Of a DNA stretch of 64,000 bases, positions 30,244-39,454 are shown one piece after another. Source of the stretch: Dehalococcoidia bacterium. GTDB taxonomy: Bacteria; Chloroflexota; Dehalococcoidia; Bin125. The stretch spans positions 1,728,001 to 1,792,000 of the forward strand of contig OY820591.1 in NCBI GenBank assembly GCA_963555985.3, written 5' to 3'. Position numbers and translations under genes: made by a program. The notes beneath the pieces were generated by a model, which was not told where the DNA came from, searched no databases, and saw only the letters and a program-made list of their open reading frames with translations. Within the stretch, counting starts at the first letter, position 1, and the number at the start of each line of letters is the position of its first letter.

Positions 30244-31830
30244 AGATAGCAGCCGGAAGCCGGGCAGCGACGCCTGCGTTGAGTGACCTCCTCCATGATG
30301 GGCGAATTCTGGGCGGCTCCCCCGTTCCAGGTGGTTCGGGATCACAGCGGCCGGGGCGGGAACGCAACACCCGCCCTCTGTCAGAGACAGTTGTAAGACG
30401 TTACGCGCCGCGTTCACGTCGGCGTTGGCGGCGTAGCCGCAGGCGGGGCAGTCGAACGTCTCGCCCTGCCGCGCACCCGGCTCGATCGCGCCACACGCTG
30501 AACATGCTCGGGACGTGTAGGGGGCCGGGACCCTGACTAGATGCCCGCCGTGCTTCTCGGCTTTTTCTCCCACGAGCGTCAGGAATTGGCCCCACGTCTG
30601 TTCGCTGATGCTTCGGTTCAGTCCTCGTTTCTGTTTGACGTTCCGCCCCGGCTCCTCCACGGTGCCGGCAGCGCTCTTGGTCATGTTCGGAATCCGCAAG
30701 TCCTCGGCGGCGATGTGGTCGTAACGCCGCACCAGAGCCTGTGCGATGCGGTGATCCTGCTGGCGACGGCGGATGCGGTTCTTGCGCTTGAGCTTGGCGA
30801 GTCGGCGTTTTCGCCGCTCCAGGGTCTTGCTGCCTTTCCGCGACGGCCGGCGGCGGCTGCGCTTCTTGGTCTTGGTTGCGGTCAGCCGCTGCAAGCGCTT
30901 TTCTTCGCTGTCGTCGGGTTCGCGCTTCGGAATCATGATCCCGTCTGAGAGCGCGACGCGAGTGTTGACACCCAGGTCGAGACCGACCATTTTGCCGGCC
31001 TTGGGCAGCGGTTCACGCTCCACCTCACAGACCAGATCGACGTAGAGGCCGTTTGGAGTGAGGTTGAAGCGCACCTCTTTGGGCTTGCAATCGGGCAAGG
31101 TTCCGGGTGACTTCAGCTTGATCCGCAGGTAGTGCTTTCCCTTATGCTGCTGCGCCTTGTGAAACACCACCTCCGCGCGATGCCCGCAGGCCGAGCGCTT
31201 GACATTGCCAGCCTTGATCATCTTGGAGCCGATGCAGCGCCAGCGCTCGCGCTTCTGGTACTTCGGCATCCCGCGAATTCCACTGAGGTGCGCCTGGATG
31301 CTGTTCTGAGCCTTTGCAATCGCCCAGGCCAGCAATCCAAAGTCGAAATCCCGAAGCTCTGGGAACTCGGCGCGCAGAGGCTTGAGGTCGTAGGTCATGG
31401 AGTTGTAGCCGCGGAAGGCCGGCACGCCCGCTTTGGTTCTGCGGTAGTTGTTGGTCTCGGGCAGTTGACGGCGCTCGCGCTCGGCGTCGGTTCGCTCGCC
31501 TACCACCTCCCACCACTTTTGCCCGGTCTCCTCCTCATCTTCCTTCGTCCACCAGGGCGGCTTGTAGACCTTGCGGTAGACCGGCTCGCCGTTTTCGAGG
31601 ACTGGCTTGCCGTTCTTCATTCTCGGCACGATCCAGTACTGTCCCTGCGGGCCGATGCCCTGCTCCCGCATTCGGCGATAGTCGCGGAAGGCGCGGTATT
31701 CCTCGACGACGGCGTTGTAGATGGCGCACTGGACTCCGGCGATGCGGTGGAGCTTGTCGTAGTCGCTGCGGCGGGCGCGGACGGCGCGTCGCTGGAGGGT
31801 TCGGACGAGAGGTTTGGGGGTGTCGGGCAT
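30238..31830 (-). CDS. tnpB: CRISPR-associated TnpB/Cas12f-like RNA-guided RuvC nuclease (~530 aa)
   Basis: RuvC-I GLDLG, RuvC-II AAEDLRIPNM, GLNRSI, zinc finger CSAC...CPAC, RuvC-III NADVNAARN; start at 31830 (GAGG upstream) or 31872. Confidence 0.93.
   Translation of the reverse strand: MPDTPKPLVRTLQRRAVRARRSDYDKLHRIAGVQCAIYNAVVEEYRAFRDYRRMREQGIGPQGQYWIVPRMKNGKPVLENGEPVYRKVYKPPWWTKEDEEETGQKWWEVVGERTDAERERRQLPETNNYRRTKAGVPAFRGYNSMTYDLKPLRAEFPELRDFDFGLLAWAIAKAQNSIQAHLSGIRGMPKYQKRERWRCIGSKMIKAGNVKRSACGHRAEVVFHKAQQHKGKHYLRIKLKSPGTLPDCKPKEVRFNLTPNGLYVDLVCEVEREPLPKAGKMVGLDLGVNTRVALSDGIMIPKREPDDSEEKRLQRLTATKTKKRSRRRPSRKGSKTLERRKRRLAKLKRKNRIRRRQQDHRIAQALVRRYDHIAAEDLRIPNMTKSAAGTVEEPGRNVKQKRGLNRSISEQTWGQFLTLVGEKAEKHGGHLVRVPAPYTSRACSACGAIEPGARQGETFDCPACGYAANADVNAARNVLQLSLTEGGCCVPAPAAVIPNHLERGSRPEFAHHGGGHSTQASLPGFRLLSR
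30277..30395 (-). ncRNA. Putative tracrRNA/omegaRNA scaffold embedded in the 3' end of tnpB
   Basis: Anti-repeat at 30277-30291; hairpin 30354-30376 whose loop is complementary to the repeat 3' end; boundaries approximate. Confidence 0.65.
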
Positions 31831-31968
31831 CTGTTGGTTTGCCTCGTTTGGGGGATACTCATATGTTCGCATAGTTTGGGCTGAATGGCAAATGGGGGGT
31901 GCTGCGAGGTTGCTGGATTTGTCGTTCAGGAGCAGGCGATGATCCGCGCTCTAGTCGACACGCCGCAT

Positions 31969-32124
31969 GGATTCCCGCGTTCGCGGGAATGACGGAAACA
32001 GAAGTTTTGCACAGGTCTCTCTACGCAGGGGCAGGATTTTGCCGCGCTCCGCCGCGACAATCTCGCCGTGTGAGCGACGACGGTGCAGGTCACAGCGAGA
32101 TACCCGCGGCAAGCGCGGGTATGA
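31969..32124. repeat. Cluster of REP-like palindromes (ATTCCCGCG..CGGGAATGAC family)
   Basis: Palindrome at 31971-31990; 32090-32124 is identical (35 bp) to 60825-60859. Confidence 0.8.
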
Positions 32125-32163
32125 TGGAAGTGAGGGGCGGACCCCCTCTATCCCCTGTTCGGG

Positions 32164-33063
32164 CTAGGGGGAGGCGAGCGGGTAAGAGGAGAGCTCGAAT
32201 ACGCGGGCTGGTTGGCAGGGTTCGTAGTTGAGCCAGAGGGATTCTTGGCGGGTGGTGCGGACGGAGTGGGCTAGGCGGGGATTGGCGTCGACTCGGTTCC
32301 AGTTAGCGAAGAGGTCGTCGTAGAGGGTGGAACGGTAGCCGGAGATAGCGGCGCGGCCTTTGATTGTTTGGAGCAGTTCGGCGAGTTCGCGGTGATCGTC
32401 GTCGGTCATTTCTGCGCCGTAGGCGGCAGCGTCGCCGCGGGACTCGTGGACGTAGGGGGGATCGAGGTAGAAGAGCGTGTCGGGGGTGTCGTAGCGCTGA
32501 ATTATTTCGAGGGCGGGGGCGTTCTCGATCTGGATGCGTTGCAGGCGCTGGACGATCTCGGAGAGGCCCTCAACGGAGCCGAGCCAGCGCGAGACGGCGC
32601 CGGCCATTCCGGCGCGGGAGGTGAGCAGGCAATGCGCCCAGCGTCCTTCGGATGATGTCTGAGCCAAGCCGGTGCGGGTCTGGCGGGCGCGGACGAAGAA
32701 GCGGCGGGCGCGTTCGAGCGGGTCGGCACCGTTCGGGGGCTCGCAGGCTAAGGCCAGTTCCTCGCGCGAAAAGGGAGTGAGGCCGATCGCGCGGATGAGG
32801 TCGTCGCTGGTTTCGGGGTCTCGGAGGACGCGGAAGAAGTTGACCAGTTCGGAATCGAGGTCGTTGTAGGTTTCGACGGGGGCGGGGGCGCGGTTGATGA
32901 TCACGGCGGCGGAACCGCCGAAGACGTCGCAGAAGTGGCGCTCGTCGGTGGGCAGGTTGGGGAGGATGAAGTCGAGGTGGCTGAATTTGCCGCCGTACCA
33001 GCCGAAGGCGATCATGCACTTTCGGCGTCGGGCGGCGTTCTTGACAATGCGGCGGGTAACCAT
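32164..33063 (-). CDS. DNA adenine methyltransferase (Dam/D12 class), no cognate endonuclease seen
   Basis: WYGGK, DVFGGS, YNDL, FYLDPPY motifs. Confidence 0.92.
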   Translation of the reverse strand: MVTRRIVKNAARRRKCMIAFGWYGGKFSHLDFILPNLPTDERHFCDVFGGSAAVIINRAPAPVETYNDLDSELVNFFRVLRDPETSDDLIRAIGLTPFSREELALACEPPNGADPLERARRFFVRARQTRTGLAQTSSEGRWAHCLLTSRAGMAGAVSRWLGSVEGLSEIVQRLQRIQIENAPALEIIQRYDTPDTLFYLDPPYVHESRGDAAAYGAEMTDDDHRELAELLQTIKGRAAISGYRSTLYDDLFANWNRVDANPRLAHSVRTTRQESLWLNYEPCQPARVFELSSYPLASP

Positions 33064-33166
33064 CGGCGGCCTCCTGGGACTCCGTGCATACGTTCGCATG
33101 AATTGTCCGGTTTGGCAAGTGGGTTGGGTGGTCTGTACATAGTGGATGGAGGTGTGCAGAGGATGT

Positions 33167-33859
33167 CTAGTTTGTGTCGCCTTCGCCGGGTAGGAGATCG
33201 GGGCGTCTGGCGCGGGTGCGGCGGCGTTGTTGCTGCCGACGCCAGTGTTCGATTTGGGCGTGGTGTCCGCTGAGGAGGATGTCGGGGACTCGCCAGCCGC
33301 GAAACTCCGGCGGTCTGGTGTATTGGGGGTATTCCAGCAGGCCGTCGGAGAAGGATTCGTCGAGGGCGGACTCGGCCGAGCCGAGCGCTCCGGGTTGGAG
33401 GCGGACAACGGCGTCGACGACTACGGCGGCAGCCGGCTCTCCACCTGAGAGCACGTAATCGCCAATCGAGATTTCAGCGTCGGCGAGGTGTTCGCGGACT
33501 CGCTCGTCGATGCCCTCGTAGCGGGCGCAGAGGAGGATGAGGCGATCTTCGCTGGCGAGTTCGCGCACGATTGCCTGGTCCAGCCGGCGTCCCTGGGGGG
33601 TAAGGAGGACGGCGCGGCCGGGATTGCCTTGCGTCCGCAGCGATTCGACGGCTCGGAACCAGGGTTCGGGGCGCATGACCATGCCCGCGCCGCCGCCGTA
33701 GGGCGGCGCGTCTACGCTTCGGTGTCTGTCGGTGGTGTAGTCGCGTAGATCGTGCAGGCGGAGATCGAGGATTCCGGCTGAGCGGGCGCGCCGGATGATG
33801 CTCGCCTCGAAGGCGCCGGCGAGCAGTTGCGGAAAGATCGTGAGGATGTCGATCCGCAT
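33167..33859 (-). CDS. trmD: tRNA (guanine37-N1)-methyltransferase
   Basis: [37 protein letters not shown]. Confidence 0.98.
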   Translation of the reverse strand: MRIDILTIFPQLLAGAFEASIIRRARSAGILDLRLHDLRDYTTDRHRSVDAPPYGGGAGMVMRPEPWFRAVESLRTQGNPGRAVLLTPQGRRLDQAIVRELASEDRLILLCARYEGIDERVREHLADAEISIGDYVLSGGEPAAAVVVDAVVRLQPGALGSAESALDESFSDGLLEYPQYTRPPEFRGWRVPDILLSGHHAQIEHWRRQQQRRRTRARRPDLLPGEGDTN

Positions 33860-33878
33860 GTTGCGTGTGTATTCGGTC

Positions 33879-33936
33879 GGACCCCCCTCTGTCCCTCCGG
33901 GACATCTCCCCCCACAGTGCGGGGGGAGAGGGGATT
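33879..33936. repeat. REP-like double-hairpin repeat, copy 2
   Basis: Matches 5868-5920, with compensating stem changes (GTCAC/GTGAC vs GTCCC/GGGAC). Confidence 0.8.
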
Positions 33937-33969
33937 GGGTTTGGACTGCTCTCCCGTTGCGGGGAAGGG

Positions 33970-35205
<1,236 letters not shown>

Positions 35206-35291
35206 GCGTGGGGTCTCCTGTCGGTGCTCGGGCGCTGGGCGGTGTTTGCTTGCGACGCCGCTCGCTGTGCGGGCGGCGGACGGGGGCGGGT

Positions 35292-36560
35292 TTAGTTGGG
35301 ATTGAAGACGCGCGCGAAGCTGAGCAAGCTGCGGGCGATTGCTCCGACAGCGGGGGCGGCGCTGCCGGATTGGCGGGCAACAGGCGTGGAATGAGGCGAG
35401 AGGTCGGTTGCATCGAGCATCCAGTCGAGTAGACCGACCGCAGCAGTGGAAGAGCCGTCGCCGAGGCGATCGGCGAGTCCGTAGACGCCGCTCGGTGCGG
35501 CGACACGCACCGCCGAGCCGGTGAGCGCCTCGAAGAGCGTGTCGACGCCTACGAGTTGCGATCCGCCGCCGGTGAGGATCACGCCGCCGGCGAGAGACTG
35601 GTGCAGTTGTCGCTCGGACACGCGCTCGAGCAGCAGGGCGACGATTTCGACGATTCGGTCGCGGACGATCTCGGAGAGAAACACGGGCGAGACCGAGTGC
35701 GTGCGGCCCTCGCTGAAGCCGGAGAGTTCGATCGGTTCGGGATCGGGCGGGATCAGATCGGGGACGGCTTGTCCGTATTGACGTTTGGCCGCTTCAGCGG
35801 TCTCGGGCGAGCAGCGCAAGCCGATGGAGAGATCGCGGGTGATGTGATTGCCGCCGACGGGGAGCGACGTCGTATGCGCGATCGCGCCGTCGGCGTAGGC
35901 GACGATATCGGTGGTTCCGGCACCGAGGTCGACGACCAGGACGCCCTGCTCGGCTTCATCAGGGCGGACGAGATGGGCGGCAGAGACGACCGCCTGGGAG
36001 GCGATCAGTTCGACGCCGATGCCGGCTTGTTCGACGCAGTGGACGGCGTTCTGGATCGCGCCCTGGGAGGCCGTGACGAGGTGGATTTCGACATCGAGGC
36101 GCTGTCCGTGCATCCCGCGCGGATCGAGCACGCGGTTCTGCGAATCGACGACGTAGAAGCGGGGGATGGCGTGGATCAGGGTGCGCGAGGGGTCGAGCGT
36201 GACCGCGCGTCCGGCGTCGATGGCGCGGCGGAGATCGTCGTCCTGGATGGGGAATTCGAGCGATGGGATTGCTGCGACGCCGCGATTGTTGAGGCTCTCG
36301 ATATGGGCTCCGCTGAGGGCGATGCCGGCTGAGAGGATCTGCCGCCCGGAGGAGCGTTCGGCCTGATCGACGGAGGCCGTGATCGACTGCGCGGCGCGAG
36401 CGACGTGACTGATCTGGCCGGCTTCGATTCCGCCTGCGGGCACTGCGCCGACGCCGAGGACGTGCAGGTAGCCGTGCTCGCTGCGCTCGCCGACGACGGT
36501 GGTCACGACGGAGGAGCCGAGATCAATTGCGGCGATGGCGGTCGGGGGCGGCTGCGGCAT
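35292..36560 (-). CDS. ftsA: Cell division protein FtsA
   Basis: IDLGSS, DLGAGTT, GGNHITRD, LTGGGS; directly upstream of ftsZ. Confidence 0.95.
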   Translation of the reverse strand: MPQPPPTAIAAIDLGSSVVTTVVGERSEHGYLHVLGVGAVPAGGIEAGQISHVARAAQSITASVDQAERSSGRQILSAGIALSGAHIESLNNRGVAAIPSLEFPIQDDDLRRAIDAGRAVTLDPSRTLIHAIPRFYVVDSQNRVLDPRGMHGQRLDVEIHLVTASQGAIQNAVHCVEQAGIGVELIASQAVVSAAHLVRPDEAEQGVLVVDLGAGTTDIVAYADGAIAHTTSLPVGGNHITRDLSIGLRCSPETAEAAKRQYGQAVPDLIPPDPEPIELSGFSEGRTHSVSPVFLSEIVRDRIVEIVALLLERVSERQLHQSLAGGVILTGGGSQLVGVDTLFEALTGSAVRVAAPSGVYGLADRLGDGSSTAAVGLLDWMLDATDLSPHSTPVARQSGSAAPAVGAIARSLLSFARVFNPN

Positions 36561-36591
36561 AGAGCGACTCCTGTGCGGCTGGCGCAATGAA

Positions 36592-37404
36592 TCAGCGGGC
36601 GATGTTGCGGAGGGCGCGGCCTTGCTCGAGGCCGATTTCGACTCTGGGACGGAGGCCGAAGCGAAGATCGGCGAGCAGCAGCGGCTCGCCGCGACTGATC
36701 GCTTCGAGTTCGAGCTGGGTCCAGACGTCGTACTTGTAATCGAGGCCTTCGGCGTCGCCGAAGACGATCCGTCCGTGCTCGGTGATGACGACGAGACCGA
36801 GCTGTTGCGACCACTCGTAGGAGACGATGGCGGGCAGATCGACCGGCGCGCCGCGCTCGTCGAGTTCGGCGACGAGTTCGACCGCAGTGGTGTCGATCCG
36901 CTGTCCCGCGCGCACGGGGGGCAGGGCAGAGGTCTGAGTAATGATCGGCCCGTAGGCCGGCGGCGCGACGCCTTCGAGGATCACGCCCTCGCGGTCAATT
37001 GCCCACACGGTGTCGTTTGCCCGCCACCGGCCCCACGGCCTGCGTTCCACTATGACAAGCTTGACCCGATTTGGCCAACTGCGGTGGATTTCGATCTCGC
37101 GCACCATGGGCAAGGCGAGCACCGGCTCGCGGGCGGCGGCGAGGTCGGCGCGGATGATGTTCTGTCCGCGCAAGCCCGTGAGTTGCGCAACGGAAGCCGG
37201 GGACACCACGCTCGTGCCGCTGACTTCGACTTCGCTGATGTCGAACAGGCTGGAATTGAGCGCGACGATCGAAACGACAATCAGCGCGGCCAGCGTGACC
37301 GAGACGATCGTGCGGGACCAGCCGATTCTGGGCCGGAGTCGGCGGGGCAGGTTGGTCTCACCGTCCGCTCTGCCGACCGGCTCTGGGCCGGGGCCGGCGC
37401 TCAC
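36592..37404 (-). CDS. ftsQ: Cell division protein FtsQ/DivIB
   Basis: One TM helix, POTRA-like region (WPNRVKLVIVER), C-terminal DLR; dcw position. Confidence 0.85.
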   Translation of the reverse strand: MSAGPGPEPVGRADGETNLPRRLRPRIGWSRTIVSVTLAALIVVSIVALNSSLFDISEVEVSGTSVVSPASVAQLTGLRGQNIIRADLAAAREPVLALPMVREIEIHRSWPNRVKLVIVERRPWGRWRANDTVWAIDREGVILEGVAPPAYGPIITQTSALPPVRAGQRIDTTAVELVAELDERGAPVDLPAIVSYEWSQQLGLVVITEHGRIVFGDAEGLDYKYDVWTQLELEAISRGEPLLLADLRFGLRPRVEIGLEQGRALRNIAR

Positions 37405-38519
37405 GATTGCATCTCCTGACGCTGCTCAAGACGGCGCAGACGGTAGGCGAAGGCCAAGTCCACGAGGCGCTCAACGAGCTGCTGCAAGGGAAGGCCGTCG
37501 ACTTCAAACAGGCGCGGATACATCGAGGCGCTGGTAAATCCGGGGATGGTGTTGAGTTCGCCCAGCCAGAACTCTCCGGCGCGCGGCCCGGAGTCCGCGA
37601 GCAGGAAGTCGGCGCGGAGCATCCCGCTTGCGCCAATCGCGTGGTAGGCGTCAAGCGCGGCCTGACGAATCTGCTCGGCGGTTGGGTGATCGAGTTCGGC
37701 CGGCAGTAGCAGCTCGGTCGCCGGATCTTCGTACTTGGCGGTGTAGTCGTAGAACGCGCGCCGGGTGCGAATTTCGCCGAGCGAGGAGGCGATTGGAGCG
37801 TCTTCACCATCAGGGCCGATCGAGCCGAGGATGCCGCACTCGATCTCGCGGGCGTTGGGCATGGCCTCTTCGACCAGGATCTCGTCGTCGCAGGCGGCGG
37901 CCGCATCGAAGGCGGCGGGCAAGTCTTCGCGCGACTCGACTCTGGTGATGCCAATGCTCGAACCGCCGCGCGCGGGTTTGAGGAATTGGGGGAAACCGAG
38001 CGCGGCGGCCTCGCGGATCAGGCGGGTCGGGGCGGATCGCCAGTCGGCGGCGCGGACGGTGATCGAGGGCGCGACCGGAATGCCGGCTGCGCTCAGGAGC
38101 TGTTTGCAGCGGGACTTGTCCATCGCGATCGCGGAGGCTTCGACGCCGGGGCCGACATAGGCGAGATCGAGCGTCTCGAGAAAACCCTGTAGGACTCCGT
38201 CCTCGCCGGACGTACCGTGAATGAGCGGGAAGATCGCGTCGCACTGGAGCAGGGCTGCGATTGTTGCGGGCGGGATTGGGGCGCTGGGTTGGCCGGGTGG
38301 ATCGGCGATTCGCTCCGGAGCGCCGAAGTCGATGGCGGTCAGCGCACTGCGGGAGGCGTCCGGGGTAAGCCAGCGGCCGTTGCGTGAGACGGCGAAGGGA
38401 ATGACTCGAAAGCGCTGCGGATCGGCGGCGGCGATCACGGCCCGGGCGGAGCGGACGCTAATCGTATGTTCGACCGATGCGCCGCCGAGGATGACTCCGA
38501 GGGTCTGCTGTTCGCTCAT
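37401..38519 (-). CDS. ddl: D-alanine--D-alanine ligase
   Basis: GGASVEHTIS, HGTSGEDG, GGSSIGI, ELNTIPGFT. Confidence 0.96.
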   Translation of the reverse strand: MSEQQTLGVILGGASVEHTISVRSARAVIAAADPQRFRVIPFAVSRNGRWLTPDASRSALTAIDFGAPERIADPPGQPSAPIPPATIAALLQCDAIFPLIHGTSGEDGVLQGFLETLDLAYVGPGVEASAIAMDKSRCKQLLSAAGIPVAPSITVRAADWRSAPTRLIREAAALGFPQFLKPARGGSSIGITRVESREDLPAAFDAAAACDDEILVEEAMPNAREIECGILGSIGPDGEDAPIASSLGEIRTRRAFYDYTAKYEDPATELLLPAELDHPTAEQIRQAALDAYHAIGASGMLRADFLLADSGPRAGEFWLGELNTIPGFTSASMYPRLFEVDGLPLQQLVERLVDLAFAYRLRRLEQRQEMQS

Positions 38520-39454
38520 GGCGCCTCCTCTCCAAGCAGTGCGATTTCGGGTTCGAGGCTGATCCCGAACTGGTCGCGTACTTGCTGCTGAATGTGTTCG
38601 ATGAGCGCGATGAAGTCAGCCGCTGTCGCGTTCGCTACGTCCCGATTGAGGATGTAGTTGGCGTGGAGCGTTGACACTTGCGCAGCGCCGAAGCGGTGAC
38701 CGCGCAGTCCCGCCTGGTCGATCAGCACGCCTGCACTGCGATGGTCGCCGGGCGGATTCCTGAAGGTGGAACCGAGGCTCGGTCCGGTGGGCGCGTTGGT
38801 TTTGCGCAAACGCTCGACCCGCTCGATCTCGGCGAACGCAGCCTGCGGGTCGCCTTTGCGCAACCGAAGCCGCACGCTGGTCACGATGAGCTCGGCGTGC
38901 GGGCCGCTGCGCAGGGCGGAGTCGCGGTAGCGGAGATCGATATCGCCCGGCCACAGTGTGATCTCAGTACCGTCCGGTGCGACTGTCTCGGCGCTGACGA
39001 AGATGTCGGCCAGTTCTCCGCCATAGGCGCCTGCGTTGGTGGGTAGTCCGCCGCCGACTGCGCCGGGGATGCCCGCCGCCCACTCCAGGCCGATCAGGCC
39101 AGCGCGTGCCGTGGCACGCGCGAGGGTGGCGAAGCGTGCGCCGCTGTCGATCTCGATGACCTGAACGGACGGATCGTTGTCGGCGTCCGATACCAAGCGG
39201 CAAGCGCGGGATTCGTTCTTGATCACCAGGCCGCGAAGGCCGCCGTCGCGAATGAGGACGTTCGAGCCGGCGCCGAGCACGTGGAGGGGAAGTTCGCATT
39301 CGCGCGCGACTGCGAGCGCACTGGTGAGTTCGCAACGGTTCCGCACCGTCAGGAACCAGTCAGCCGGACCGCCCACCTGGACGAAGGTGTGACGCGCCAG
39401 CGGCACGTTGGGCGCCGCGCCAAGCTCGGCCATTGCCTGTTCGACGCTGTTCAT
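38516..39454 (-). CDS. murB: UDP-N-acetylenolpyruvoylglucosamine reductase
   Basis: GAGSN, GIPGAVGG, NAGAYG, GSTFRNP, HAN. Confidence 0.96.
   Translation of the reverse strand: MNSVEQAMAELGAAPNVPLARHTFVQVGGPADWFLTVRNRCELTSALAVARECELPLHVLGAGSNVLIRDGGLRGLVIKNESRACRLVSDADNDPSVQVIEIDSGARFATLARATARAGLIGLEWAAGIPGAVGGGLPTNAGAYGGELADIFVSAETVAPDGTEITLWPGDIDLRYRDSALRSGPHAELIVTSVRLRLRKGDPQAAFAEIERVERLRKTNAPTGPSLGSTFRNPPGDHRSAGVLIDQAGLRGHRFGAAQVSTLHANYILNRDVANATAADFIALIEHIQQQVRDQFGISLEPEIALLGEEAP

Noticed and set aside
30238-31960. Interpretation as a plain IS200/IS605 or IS607 element
   Set aside because: No tnpA and no recognisable left-end hairpin; the right side is a multi-spacer array with a matching anti-repeat
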